The notes beneath the pieces were generated by a model, which saw nothing but the letters and a program-made list of their open reading frames with translations, had not been told where the DNA came from and did not search any database. From assembly GCA_976551045.1 (NCBI GenBank), contig CDPCPM010000073.1, positions 27,218,001 through 27,282,000 on the forward strand: DNA of 64,000 nucleotides, given 5' to 3'. The translations under genes and the position numbers were made by a program. This document shows positions 47,063 to 59,612 of this stretch, one piece after another. The stretch is from Glaucostegus cemiculus. Lineage: Eukaryota. Numbering within the stretch: the first letter of the stretch is position 1; each line of letters starts with the position of its first letter.

Positions 47063-47160
47063 TTTCACTGTGAAGCCGCTATGCCGGCGGACTCCAGGTT
47101 AGCCGAACCCCAGCCGCCGCCGCCTCCAACCCCCCCCCCCCCATCCAACCCTGGACCCGG

Positions 47161-47457
47161 CCCCGCCCCCTCCCCGGCTCCTGCTCCCGCTCCAGCCAAT
47201 CGCCGCCGCCCTCTCCTCCCCGCTCCGCCAGCGGCCGGCCAATGGTGCCCGCTGCTCCCTCGGCGTCGGCCAATCGGCGGGCGGCTCAACCGAAACATCC
47301 GAGAACCAATTGGGATCAAGTCCTCTCAGCCAATCGGTGGCAGGAAGCTGCGGCTCTCCGACCCACCGTTTGGGCCCGAAGCCAATCAGGAGGCAGGTAG
47401 GGCTGTCGATCAAGGTCTTCGCTGCTGGGCGACAGCCTGCATGTATTGTGACGTCAC
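47161..47457 (-). promoter_or_regulatory. XYLT1 proximal promoter: GC box, six CCAAT boxes and a palindromic CRE
   Basis: CCCCGCCCCC at 47161-47170. CCAAT at 47196, 47239, 47270, 47306, 47330 and 47382. GTGACGTCAC at 47448-47457. All lie 100-400 nt upstream of the ATG. Confidence 0.75.
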
Positions 47458-50059
47458 CGTGGGAAAGTCTCTGTGTGTGAGAGAGCATTGTTGCTGTGCG
47501 TTTAGCGGCATTGGCGGCGGGGTGCGGAGGGGCCACGGGTGCCTGGTGTGCATCGTCTTCCCCGAGTTTAGAGCCACTAGGGGAGGGTACCCGGTGCCTC
47601 ACAGGGCTTGACCTCAACATCCACACACGACGAGCTGCAACTCGTTAGCAGAATTCCTCCCACTACCACATGCAGCGAGCAACAGCAGCGCTTCCTGCCT
47701 AGAAACCTTCCCGCTCCCATGGCCGTACCAGCCCCTGCGCAAAACCTTTGCAAAGTACATTTGTGTGTGTCTTTTTAAAAAACAAAAGCTGCATCTCATT
47801 AAAGGCCACCCTTGGTGCAACAGACCCCTCTAAAACAGATGGGAGAGGCGCTGTGCAGAAGATCCAATTGGTTCTTCAACCGCTCTCCAGAAATTCCTCC
47901 TGACTATTTTAATCATCGTGTTATCCTTTTTACGGGCCATTCAACACTAGGTAGTAAACAGGTGGCAAAGATGGCAAAACGCTAGATTTTTTTTTAAATG
48001 ATTGCAGATTCGGGAGCAAAATCGAATGATTCGGAATTCAATGTTGGAAGATTAGCGTATCTAAAAGAAATTCTTTTTTAGACAACTTAGCATTTCAGTG
48101 ACTGCAAAGCACCTTCAGAAGTCCTGAGATTGTGGAAGGCCCCATACAAATTCAAGTCTTACAGCTTCGCTGCCAATACTATGTGACTCATGGGGTGCTT
48201 ATTTTCAAAGGATGTGTCTGCAGTTTCAACACTTGCGAGGTCCGAATTTCCAATCGGTTTCGCTCCAAGTGAAAGCGCCGAGTTTCGAAAACTCACACTG
48301 AACTGGGGAAATAAGAGATTCGCAATCTTACTTCAGGCTGGAGATGGTTATTCCCTGAGCAACCCCCCCGGAATATTTTCTGTTCTATCGACTACATCGC
48401 AGCTGCGGTGTTTTTTAACCTTCGTCGGATCGCTCCAACTCTGGAGCACCACACAGCACAAGGTGGTTGGAAATTAATTCCGACGTAAGGCACCAATAAT
48501 CACACATAATTAACCTTTTCCGCTGTCCACTCTTCGAGTTTTCACACTTTGTTAAGCAGTTCATTAATATCAACAGTTCCAGGTCAAACGGCTTTTGTTT
48601 CGCAAAGCTTAATGTCTTTATGGTTGAAGGCTTATTTTCAATTGACCTGAAGTGTATTTTCTTTCAGCCTTTAACACAAAGCGTCTAAACTATCAGTTGA
48701 TGATATTGCTGCCGAATCAAATCGCTTTGCTGTCAAGTGGACTGAATTCGTAAGGCTCTCCACTTGCAACAGCTGTTCCCGGGCTAAAACACCATACACA
48801 AAATCATATCGCCATCAACTGTTCAATAGCACAGCTGCTCGAATATACGTGACTAAGATATGCAGTTTAAATGGGCCACGACTCTCTCATGAATATGTAA
48901 TATACACTCAAACAATCAAGCAGCTATCATTTCTATTTGAAAAACAAATTCGGGTGAGCTCCATTAGTTCCATCGATGTAAATGAGAAATTACGATTTAT
49001 TGATTAGTTTTCATATTTGAAACTTTTTTGACCTGTTTAACTAGTGTGCTAACGAACGACTGAGACTTCCGAATATTGACAGTCACGTGTATAGACGGTG
49101 CATTTTGAAATAGGGAATTATCCCATCTATCCTCTCCGACCTGCCTGAACAGCCAGATGCTCCAAAAACAGCCATGGTTACAGGTGCCGCACGCACTATG
49201 AATGAAATGGAGCAGCGGAAAATAAATATTCAGTAGCCTTTAGCTTGTTAAGTCCCTGAGCTACTTAAGTACCCCAAAGATTGGGAAACCAGATTCGCAA
49301 TGTCCAAGTCCGCAAACCCCCTGGCTTTGCACTCTAATTCAATCCAACTCTTTAGCAAATATGGTGAGGTTGTAACAACCTGTTCTACTCAAATAACAGG
49401 AAACACTAGCGCAATCTGGCATCGTTACTTGTCAGTAATTTGGATGAATACTCGAAGGAGGGAAATTGCCAAGCGTTGGGGGAGGAGCAAGTGATTAGAA
49501 ATCCTGTGACAGCTTCTAAACGGAGCAGGAACAGGCAACCAATGATTCTTCGAAGTATTTTTTTTAAGAAAGATTTTTGTTTGGTTTCTACTCGACTGTG
49601 TCATAATTATCAAGTGTTGCAATAACGGTTTTTGCAGTCTTACAATATCATGCCACTTATATAATGCAGAAGAACAAAAGTTTGTTGAAAGGGGAAACAC
49701 CAAGGTAAAATGTGATTATTCTGATTTATACGTTATTGCTAAATTAAAATGGAATTGGCTAAAACCAATGAAAGGTTAAACACAAAGTGTTTCAGATAAA
49801 TAGCCAACCTCAGTGAGAAAGAACATAAAAGTTCTGTTCTATATCCAGGTGAATAGCTTGAGAGAGGAGAAGTCATTTTGTTGTGCATAGGAAGGGAGCT
49901 AAACTAGAAAATGAAGTATGTATTTATCTTGGGTTCACCTAAAACTCCTACTGGAAGTATCTTAACTCTTGCCCAGTACCTTTCACCTGTCACTGAAGAG
50001 CTCACTGATCTGCAGGAGGATTCTGATCCAGCCACACTGAAGTCCAGGCATTTAAATTC

Positions 50060-50155
50060 TTGTGCAACGCACAAGCTGGAAGAACTCAGCAGGTCAGGCA
50101 GCGTCAGTGGAGGGAAACAGCAGTTGATGTTTTGGGTCGAGACCCTTCATCAGGT
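50060..50155 (-). mobile_element. Penelope-like terminal fragment
   Basis: Minus strand CCTGATGAAGGGTCTCGACCCAAAACATCAACTG..GACGCTGCCTGACCTGCTGAG. Confidence 0.65.
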
Positions 50156-53099
50156 GTCCCGGCTTGGTTGGTCCCACTACAGTCAGCGAGCTGGCCTTCA
50201 TGTCTGTAGTTTGACAGTATCAGGGTGATAAAGTTGGTAGACTAATTTGTTGTGACCCTGCCCTTTTGTACATTTTTGCATTACTCTGGTGGCAAGTCTG
50301 GATGGCACACAAACAAAACCTTTTCACTGTATCTTGGCATATGAGTCAATAATATACCAATACCTGTCTGGCACACTTTCAAGCACATGAGTGGTTAAAG
50401 GGGTAGGGGAACTGGTCTGTGCTCCTAGTAAAGGACCACCAGCATCCATGGTCTATCTCCATTGTTCCCTTCTCTTGAGCCCTATGCCTATTAATCTCAG
50501 GGTTGTATGACCCCTAAAGAAGATTGGTAGGGTGTGTAGGGGACACTATTCTATTCCTCCTCCTGGGTATCCATTCTATGATCGACATGAAAGCTACTTC
50601 ATTGCAGCCATAGGCTTGTATTGCAACCACACAGAATTGTGTTTGCCTCACTATTTGTCACAAAGGTGTAGAAGTAGGTTTACACCACCTAGTGACTCTG
50701 GTATTGAAGCATGCAGAGTGCCCTTCTCATTCCAGTACCCGGCCTGTTGGAACTGCACTAACAGCCTCTTGAACACTGAAAAACACATAGATATGTGATA
50801 ACTGATACTGCATCCTGGCTTACATAAGAGGCACTGAAGAAGCATTGTGCAAAGCAGTTAGTTTGCAAGTTTGCTTTGTGCTCTCAAATTCTGCAGTCAT
50901 TGCATGACAACAGTTGCAGACTGAAGTGACAGTCATGATGGACTGCGGGTGTAAATGTGAAAGGAAATGTTTTTGTGCTGATACTCTTTAATTTTTGCTT
51001 CCATGCTCAGTTTGAAAATGGAGGTACTTTGTATCCTTACCCAATTATCTTTCCTCTTCTGCAAAGCAAATCACATTGCAATGATTATATTTTGACTCGG
51101 TCAGGGTGTTATGCATTCAAAATCTCTCTCAGAACCAAGTACATAACCTGGGTCGGTAGTTCAGATGGAATGTTAAACTGCATCTCTAATAGCCCCATGC
51201 TCCCCAACACTCCCCCTTCCCACCCCACTAACCCCATTCAGATGAATATATGGATTTCAGGGCAAATTTTGAAAAGAAACAAAAGATGTTTTCCTTGTGT
51301 TTTAGACAACTTTTTTCCCCCAATACAAACAGCCAAAATAAACTGGTGATTTGTCTTATTGGTGTTTCTGCTACCTTTACTGCTAGTACGTTGACTGCCA
51401 CCTGTCTTTATATTACAACTGCATCTACGGTGTTTCATTGGCTGTGTAACATTCTGTGGGCTGTCATGATATCATGAAAGACATTGTTTATTTTACAATG
51501 AAGAATTTCTTTTAAATAATGCTTACAGGATTTAAAAAGCAAAATTGTTAGCTGTCCCTTCCCCCATACAGAACTACAGACGCAGTCAATATGGCCTGGG
51601 ACTGACTGCGAATAGTTAATGAGACCAACCTTGGATGGCCTCAGCAGGTAGGGCCAGCTAAGTCAGCAGTAAATTTGCTGTTCTGTGATTATTTCATTTT
51701 AGCACCAATAATGGAAAATTTGCCCCACAAATTGTCTTTATTGCACAGGTCAACACTTATTGTAGTTTTTGTCTTAGAACATGCATCTTTTATTTTGGAT
51801 GTATTCTTAAATATTCTGTTAAATGCATACACATTTTACAGATGCTGTTGAAAGATGCAAATTCAGATCACAGCTGTGGACAAAAATTAATTATTTATTG
51901 TAGCACAATTTTTCTTGTGATATGATAGAAATAGTATTAACACTGGTGTTAGTGATAACATTAGCATTTTTGAATAGTGATAGTATAAGTGTTAGTGATG
52001 ATAAGAGTGTTAATATCAGTGTTAGTGATTGTTTAAGTATTTAAAGTTTATATTAATTGATTTGGCATGTTGTTCACTGTTTCACATCTGCTGCTCTTTT
52101 GATACTGGGAAACATCCAGTGTGATTTTTTTTCAAGTACACTTACAAAATTCTACTCTCAAAAAAATGAACAGTGTAGCAAGTGACATTAAGAGAAAACT
52201 TGTTTTTTCATTTGGTTAGGATTGCACTTTGTTTTACTTTATGTTTTCTAAAGGTTTCTGTTTAATCTCCTGAGATGACCTATTTTAAATGTATGTAGCA
52301 ATATCAGTTGGGTTTGGTAGAAGTGATTGTGAGACTTTACTCAAGTAACACATCTTTTACACTCACAACATTGCCACAAAAATATTCTTGTTTTAAACAA
52401 AGGACTGTTAAAATGCACAATGGGATAGTTAAAACAGTACAAAAAAGTACTCATCTCAATAGTTTGAATTTTAACTCATACTTTTCATGTGTGCTTCACC
52501 CAGAAGATACTAAATGAATAGTGATGATATAATTGTAGTTATTTTTTAAAAATTATTTATGAACAAATTGTTTATTTACAAAGTTTGCCAAAGTTTAAGT
52601 TAATTTTGATCGTTTGCGAGCAACTAAGTGGAGGGTTTAAAAATAAATTTGACTAATATATAATAATGTCCCTTGTGCTTTATTACAGAAACATTACTTG
52701 ACCCTGTCCATTTATATTTAAGCAAGTTGTACTTTTATAATGTACTCAGTTGATTTAATGTAACCTTGCAATATTTGCCAATTATCCATTAGTCATTTAT
52801 TAAGAATCTGTTATGTAACACAAATAATATTACTATGTGTTGTTAGAGCACTTTTCAAAGGTGAGACATAAATGTGCATCATCTAACTCCTAAAGACTTG
52901 CTGAGTACTTAATTGTGAACTATCTTTAAAGATGTAGTTGATCAATCAACCAACTTCATTGTCTCTGTCGGCTGTTCTCCTTAAAATCCGAAATAGTAAT
53001 TCTTGTTCTGCCTGTCTGAAAAAGTTTGTTTAATCAACTTATGGTCAGATGGCATTTGTATAGAACAGCAGTGAGTTTCACGTTATCGGTCTGCCATAA

Positions 53100-53795
53100 G
53101 TAAAAAGGTTAGTAAAAAGAAAACAGTGCAGAATATAGTGTTGCAGTTACTGAGAAAGTGCAGCACGGGTAGACGAATAAAGTGTAAGGGCCATGATGAT
53201 TAGGAGATTGGCAAGCACAGTAGTGTAGTGGTTAGCTTAAAGCTATTACAGCGCCAGCGACCTGGGTTCGATTCTGGCTGCTGTCTGTAAGGAGTTTATT
53301 CATTCTCCCTGTGTCTGCATAGGTTTCCTCTGGGTGCTCCAGTTTCCTCCCACATTCCAAAGACATACAGATTAGGAAGTTGTGGGCATGCTGCGTTGGT
53401 GCCGGAAGCATCGCGACACTTGCGGGCTGCCCCAGAAACACTCTACACAAAAATGCATTTCACTGTGTGGTTCGATGTATATGTGACTAATAAAGATATC
53501 TTGTCTTAAGAGTTCATCTTCTAGCCTTTGGGAGGTCTGTTCAGGAGTCTGATAACAGTGGGATAGAAACTGTCCTTGAGCCTGGTGGTTCATGCTCTCA
53601 AGATTCTGTATCTTCTCCCTGATGGGAGACAGAAGTAAAGAGAATGACTGGGAAGGGAGGGGTCCATGATTATGTTAGCTGCTTTCCTGAGGCAGCGGGA
53701 AGTGCAGACAGGGTCAGTGTAGGGGAGACTGGTTTGCATGCCGAACTGGGCTGCATTCGTAACTTTCTGCAGTTTCTTGCAGCCTTGGGCAGACC
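53100..53795 (-). mobile_element. Rex1/Babar-like LINE 3' fragment interrupted by a SINE
   Basis: Minus-strand remnant ..PSGRRYRILRA..TRLKDSFYPTVIRLLN. 3' UTR continues on the far side of the SINE. Confidence 0.7.
53210..53507 (+). mobile_element. tRNA-derived V-SINE-like element, full length
   Basis: A box GTAGTGTAGTGG, B box GGTTCGATTC, tail TAATAAAGATATCTTGTCTT. Homologous to 26833-27090. Confidence 0.85.
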
Positions 53796-55029
53796 AGTAA
53801 CTTATCTTTTGTACTTGCCCACAAATTCTTAGTGATTCTAGTATTCAACTATGTAATCCTCTCTGGACCATCACAATTCAGAGTTGAAGAGTTACAGTGA
53901 ACATGTTGATAACCTTGTATGCTGATCAATAACTACCATTGTTTTTCAATATCATCAATTATTTCTTGTTAACTTGTACCAAAATTCCACCTTGAGAAAT
54001 TTACTACATATCTATTTTTTACTTGCTGACAGCAAGAAGGACCATGGACCAGATTTCCTTGGAATTTCTAACAGTCTCCTTTACATAACATTGTATTTGT
54101 GCTGAAGAGAAGGAGGAAACTTGTATTACATGTATATGTGAGCTAGATATGCATTTCCTCAATTATCTGCCTAAGCCACCGGATGCTTATTTGAATAGCA
54201 CCATTTCCCAAGGTAGAACTAAAGCCCTAACTGCCCACTGGAAAGTTAGATACCCATTAAAATGGATGTAGCTGTTGCTCGAGTCACCTGATTCAGGTGG
54301 GTTGGAAGAATTTGTAATGTGAAAATTTTCTGGAAATTTCTTACTGACTTCTAGTTTCCAAAGCTTATTTCCCTCCAGTTTTGGTCCCTGTGGCTCATAC
54401 TTTACTCCTCCCACTCAGTGCTGTAGTTACCTCCATCTACTGTCACACCCATCCCCCGCTGCATGTTTGAAGTGCCTCTGCAGAAAGATTGAATTTTCCT
54501 ATGGACACACTTCTGAATGCCTTCCTTATGGCAGAGAGGGAACAACAGTGTGGGAAGTGAAGGGAGAAAGGTAGCACAACAGAGGATGCCAGCTGTGAGA
54601 AGCAGTTAACAAGGCTGACCTGTTGTCTGGCAGGGCAAGCGGATCCTCCTTTCATTCTTGCACATCTTCAAGGAGAGCATTCAGGCCCACTGATGAGATG
54701 CTGCCCTGTCTTGGTGGTTTGGCTGGCATATGACTACCCCTGACTTTGGCAAGTTGCACTTCAGATGAAGGAGTGAGAAGGCAATTCAAAAGGGTTAGTA
54801 CAGGAATCCCTTCAATCTACCCTCCCCATAAAATTTGCAAATATATAATCTTGTACATTCATATCACCATTCACAATAAAGACTGATCCTTCCTCTTACG
54901 ATATTCATTTTCTATCAGTATGCTTTGGCTACATTCCTCGAGTAACGAGTTTTAGCACAGGTCCTTGCTTGTCAGTATGTAGTGGTGATAAAGCCTAAAA
55001 CCATGGCTTTTCCCCACTGACCTTTTACA

Positions 55030-55330
55030 GCACCAGACTTAAGGACAGCTTCTTCCCCACTGTGATAAGACTATTGAATGGTTCCCTTATATAATGAACT
55101 GGTCTGTGAGCTCACATTTTACCTTGTGTGACCTTGCACGTTATTGCACTGCACTTTCTCTGTAGCTGTGACACTTTACTCTGTACTGTTACTGTTTTTA
55201 CTGTACTGCTTCAATGCATGTTGTACTAACTATGTAACTGCACTGTGTAATGAATTGACCTGTATGATCGGTTTGTAAGTCAAACTTTTCACTGTACCTC
55301 AGTACAAGTGACAATAATAAACCAATACCA
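55030..55330 (+). mobile_element. Rex1/Babar-like LINE 3' end
   Basis: High similarity to 2954-3255. Confidence 0.85.
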
Positions 55331-55744
55331 GCAGCTGCAGCATGCTTCAGTGCGTCCCTCTCCATCAACCAAGTAAGGTCCAGTTGCTTGTTTAACACTT
55401 CGGGGTGATGAGGCATTTTGATGAATGATTTTGACAGTCTGCTTGGGAAACTATTCAACAGGGTACACCATCTCTTTTTTTTTTCCTCCCCAGAGGACCT
55501 TGAGGACCTTCTGTGTAGACCACTTCCTGACTGACTTGCAATCTGAGGTCTTTTCCTGCACATTTTTTATTTTATGAAGGACAGGTGATACAATTCAATC
55601 CTCCTGAAAGGAACATGACCAGATTCATCCTTTACAAAAATGGGGATAGATAGATAGTCTCTGTACATAAAGAAGTTATGTTTGCATGCTGAGAGTATAT
55701 GCACAGCCTAATGCAGTGACACACAAAGATGATCATCAAGGGCA

Positions 55745-55872
55745 TCAGTCCTGATACAGGGTCTCAAACGGAAACATCAACTATCCCTCTGTTCCACAGA
55801 TGCTGCTTGTCCCGCTGAGTCCCTCCAGCAGTTTGTTTTTTGCTCCAAGTCCCAGCATCTGCAGTCTCTGTT
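55745..55872 (+). mobile_element. Penelope-like terminal fragment
   Basis: CAGTCCTGATACAGGGTCTC..GAAACATCAACT..AGATGCTGC..CCAGCATCTGCAGTC. Confidence 0.6.
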
Positions 55873-58324
55873 GTGCCACCCCAGTCTTCACTGAGGCCAC
55901 TTTGCTTCTGCGCTGAGGTCTCCTGCAGCCTAAGCAGCTGTTTACATTTTTTTAAATTTTCTAATCATGCTAGAATTTACACTGCTTCCTGTGAAAACTA
56001 ACTTGATTTGGTTTGTAGAACTGGGATTCAACTCCCTCTTCTGGTGAATAGCAATGGTGAAATAACAATAGTGGCATAAGTAGTCTGACTACAGCACAGA
56101 GAACGTCCTGGAATTTCAGGGCCTGGGACAGGTTTGTCACATCTTCAAACATGAAATGACTTAAGTGCTTTAAACATAATTTCTGTCTGCACCCCAAGTT
56201 AATTGATGTATTGCCAGCCAGAATGGACAATCTACCAATTAGGTATGTTAAACTTTAACACAGATTTGGTGTGGGCTGCATTATGCTTTGTCATAGGAAG
56301 TACACTGCATACTTTAATTGGGTCTAATTAATCCAGTGGCAGAATTTTTTTTTGAATAGTGGGTCAAAATAGAAACATTGCAGTATGCCTCACAATTTCT
56401 ACAAACATATGCCTTTAAAATCATTGTTATGCTTATCATTAAATGTTTAACACTACCAGGTGTTCAGGGTACCATCTGTACACAGGAATCCTTTACTGAA
56501 TTAAGGCACCGTGTTAACATCAACTCCTATTTATACCTATTCAACAATATGTGGTTTAACTATCAACTCAAAAGCTATGGTGACTTTGATTAGTGTACTG
56601 AGCCTTGGGGAATGCTTTAAAATGTACGATGAATGATTTCTCCATTGCGCTATTACTCCCTTGGCATTCTATAATGTCAGCAGTGCAGAATTGGACTAAT
56701 CCAGATTGGGGGGGGGGGGGGAATATGGGTTAAAGGGCAATGTAGCCGGATTTCCACATAGTAGTTCTTCCCATACTTTACAACAGTTACCACAATTCCA
56801 TGAGAACAATTTGGAACAAGAAGTATTTCAAATCTGGGTTTAGAGAGTTGTATTTTTTGCAAGTCCAGGAAAAGGATCCAAATGTAAGGTGGCTAACAAG
56901 CTCATTGGTTTTCTTTCTCCCTGGGATTTCAATATGTTAATTTCTCTCAATGCAGTAATTCAAGGCTCACAGTGTGTGATTATATCCCCATAATTTCCTT
57001 AGTTTTGTGTTTCTTCGATTCTGGTCACTACCTGATGTTCATTGTTCCACATTGGCAGTTGTGCCTTCCACAGCCTTGGCCCTAGGCTCTGAAATTCCCT
57101 CCCTAACATTCAACTCCCCTCTACTTCTTTCCTCCAATGGGATGTTCCTCAAGCCTAGTTTAAGTGTCCTAGCGTTCCTTTGTTGGATTGGTTTCTTGTT
57201 TGAGGCATGTTTGTGTGTTTTATTATGCCAATGATACTGTACAAGTGCAACTTATTGCTGTAGAATGGTGAGAGATAAAGCAGAGAAACAGTCCTTGGAA
57301 AATGTTCAGATTCTGAAACAGAACTGCTGGAGGAAATTCATGGAACATCAAGTTAGGCTGTTGTATGTCCTGCAGCAGAGATGCCCCATAACTTCCTGGA
57401 GGAGAGTTTAGCAAAGAGAATGATAATTTGGAGAAAGCTGATCAATGTTCAATGTATAGTTCCCTTAGTGCAATAAAGCTAAGACAATGTAGCAGTCTCT
57501 AACCAGTAAAGTATCAAAACCATGCAATTGCATGAATTAAGGGCTCTATTCAATGATACATGCGAAAGGATAACTGAGTAGGGAAAGTTGAATGGAATTA
57601 TTATCCTCTCTATAATTGTCTGCTGATTAGCATTGTTCTTTTCTCCCTAAATATTTCAGACGGATTAACTCAGAACATAAAGCAACAAAGGTCTCTGATG
57701 CCCTACTAATCGTGGCACCAGTTGATAATTAATCATGACTTTTCTCAGGTCTTCTTGACAACTCTGAGATTTCTGTAGTGCCTCTGTTCTCACCTTTTGC
57801 ATCTCCTAGATGTTCTGCTGCCACGCACCCAAACTTTGGAATTTCTTCTCTGTACTTCACTTCCTTTCTCTCTATGACCAGACTTCTGGTCACCTGAACT
57901 AATATCACTTTATCTGTACGCTCTCCTGTGAAGGATCTTGGGACGTGCTACCATATTTAATACACAACATAAATGGAAGTAGTTCTGTTGGATAAATCAT
58001 TGGATTCTACTAATTTACGATGTAAACTGACAATGTTAAGTTAGAACATAAACTTGTTCAAGGTCACCAATAGTTTTTTATGCTCATGGTATTGGCAGGC
58101 ACTGCATGGCTAAGGAAAGACTCTCTCCAATGAATTTAAGTTCTGCTCACCAGTTGTGACTGCCATTGTCCTGGTTAAGAAGCTTGATAGGTGCCCCGCC
58201 TAGTTCCCTGTTATTAAATTGCTTATGCCCTTCAACAGAAGACACAGACTACAAACTTCTGCCAAGATCTGTTATAAATTAATAGTGTAATGTGAAATAT
58301 GTGCAGGCACTCCTTCAATCAAAG

Positions 58325-59612
58325 GAGGTATGATTAGCAAGTTTATGGCTCACACCAAAATTGAATGTGTTCTTGATAATAAAGAATGTTGTCCCAAGCT
58401 TCAGCAGAAAAGTTGGTGGTGCATTCCCAGATGGAATTTAATCCAAACAAGTGTGGGATGTCAAATAAGGGTGGAACATATAAATACTAGGGCCTTAAGG
58501 AATGTTGATAAACAAACAGACCTCAGGGTTGAAGTTCATAATTTCCTGAAAGTGGGGACACAGTAAATAGGATGGTGAAGAAGGTGTATGGTGTTGCTTT
58601 CCTTCATCAGCCTGGGCATTGAATGTAAAAGTTGGGACATCATGTTGTGCAACTTTACCGAACTCTGCTTGGACTCACATGGAGTTTTGTGTGCAGTTCT
58701 GCTTCTCACACTATAGGAAGGATGTGACTGTGCTGGAGAGGGCGCAAAGGAAATTCAGCGGGATGTTGTCTGCATTCTGCATTAGAGAACATTAGTTTGA
58801 AGGAGAGATTAGATAGGCTGGGCTTGTGTTTCCTGCAACAAAGGAGACTGAGGGGGTGATGTGACTGATGTATATAAACAAAAATATGAGAGGCATTGAG
58901 ATGGTAAATCAGAATCAGAATCAGTTTTATTGTCACAACCATATACATACATAGTATGCATAGGAGCGAGATGCCGTCCTCCTCAGGTGCTCGTCCCATA
59001 AAATAACATAACAACCAACAGAGATACACATACACACTTGACAGAATAAACATTAAAAAACATTAAACATTAAAAGCTATGGAAGGTAAAATTAAATTAG
59101 TACGCAGATTAAAATTTAAAATGGCCGGTAAATAAATAAATAGTTATTAAAGTGAACGGGCTGGTGTCGGGCATTTAAAGTGCTGGTACATTTCTGTGCA
59201 CCTAACATCTCTTAGTGTTAACAAAGGAAGATGGAGGGATGAGAGAGTTTGCAGTTCTGATGGCTTGCGGAAAGAAGCTATTGTTCAGCCTGGTCGTTCT
59301 TGCCCTGATACATTTAAGCCTCCTCCCTGATGGCAAAATTGTGAAGAGGTGGTGGGATGGTTAGAAACACGAGACCGTAGATTGAAGGTGAGATGGAGGA
59401 GATTTGAAGGGGCCTGAGAGGAAAGATTTTTCAGAGAATGCACTGCCAGAGGAGGTGGTGGATTAAGGTACAACCACTGCATTTATATTTAGACAAGCAT
59501 TAGAATAAGCGAGGCACAGACTTAATGCAGCAGTTGGGATTAGTATAATTATGCAAAGCAGTTGGCATGGACACAATGGGCCGATGGGTCCACTTCTGTG
59601 CTGTGTGACTCT
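58325..59612 (+). mobile_element. CR1 LINE fragment, degenerate, split by an insertion at ~58907-59360
   Basis: ISKF..TK start and TGTGTGCAGTTCTG. CR1 resumes at ~59360 and ends TGGGCCGATGGGTCC..CTGTGCTGTGTGACTCT. Confidence 0.75.
58907..59360 (-). mobile_element. Rex1/Babar-like LINE 3' end nested in CR1
   Basis: Tail (AATCAG)3 on the plus strand. Minus-strand remnant HHLFTILPSGRRLKCIRARTTRLNNSFFPQAIR. Confidence 0.8.

Larger units (their letters stand above)
44720..47740. promoter_or_regulatory. CpG island spanning the XYLT1 promoter, exon 1 and proximal intron 1
   Basis: Visibly high GC and CG dinucleotide density compared with the CpG-depleted remainder. GC peaks at about 44720-45900 and 46430-47700. 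Confidence 0.85.

Noticed and set aside
46464-47626. Long overlapping ORFs (212, 267 and 175 aa) over the CpG island
   Set aside because: Low-complexity Pro/Gly/Arg/Ala translations expected in stop-poor GC-rich DNA. Only the XYLT1 frame has recognisable homology.
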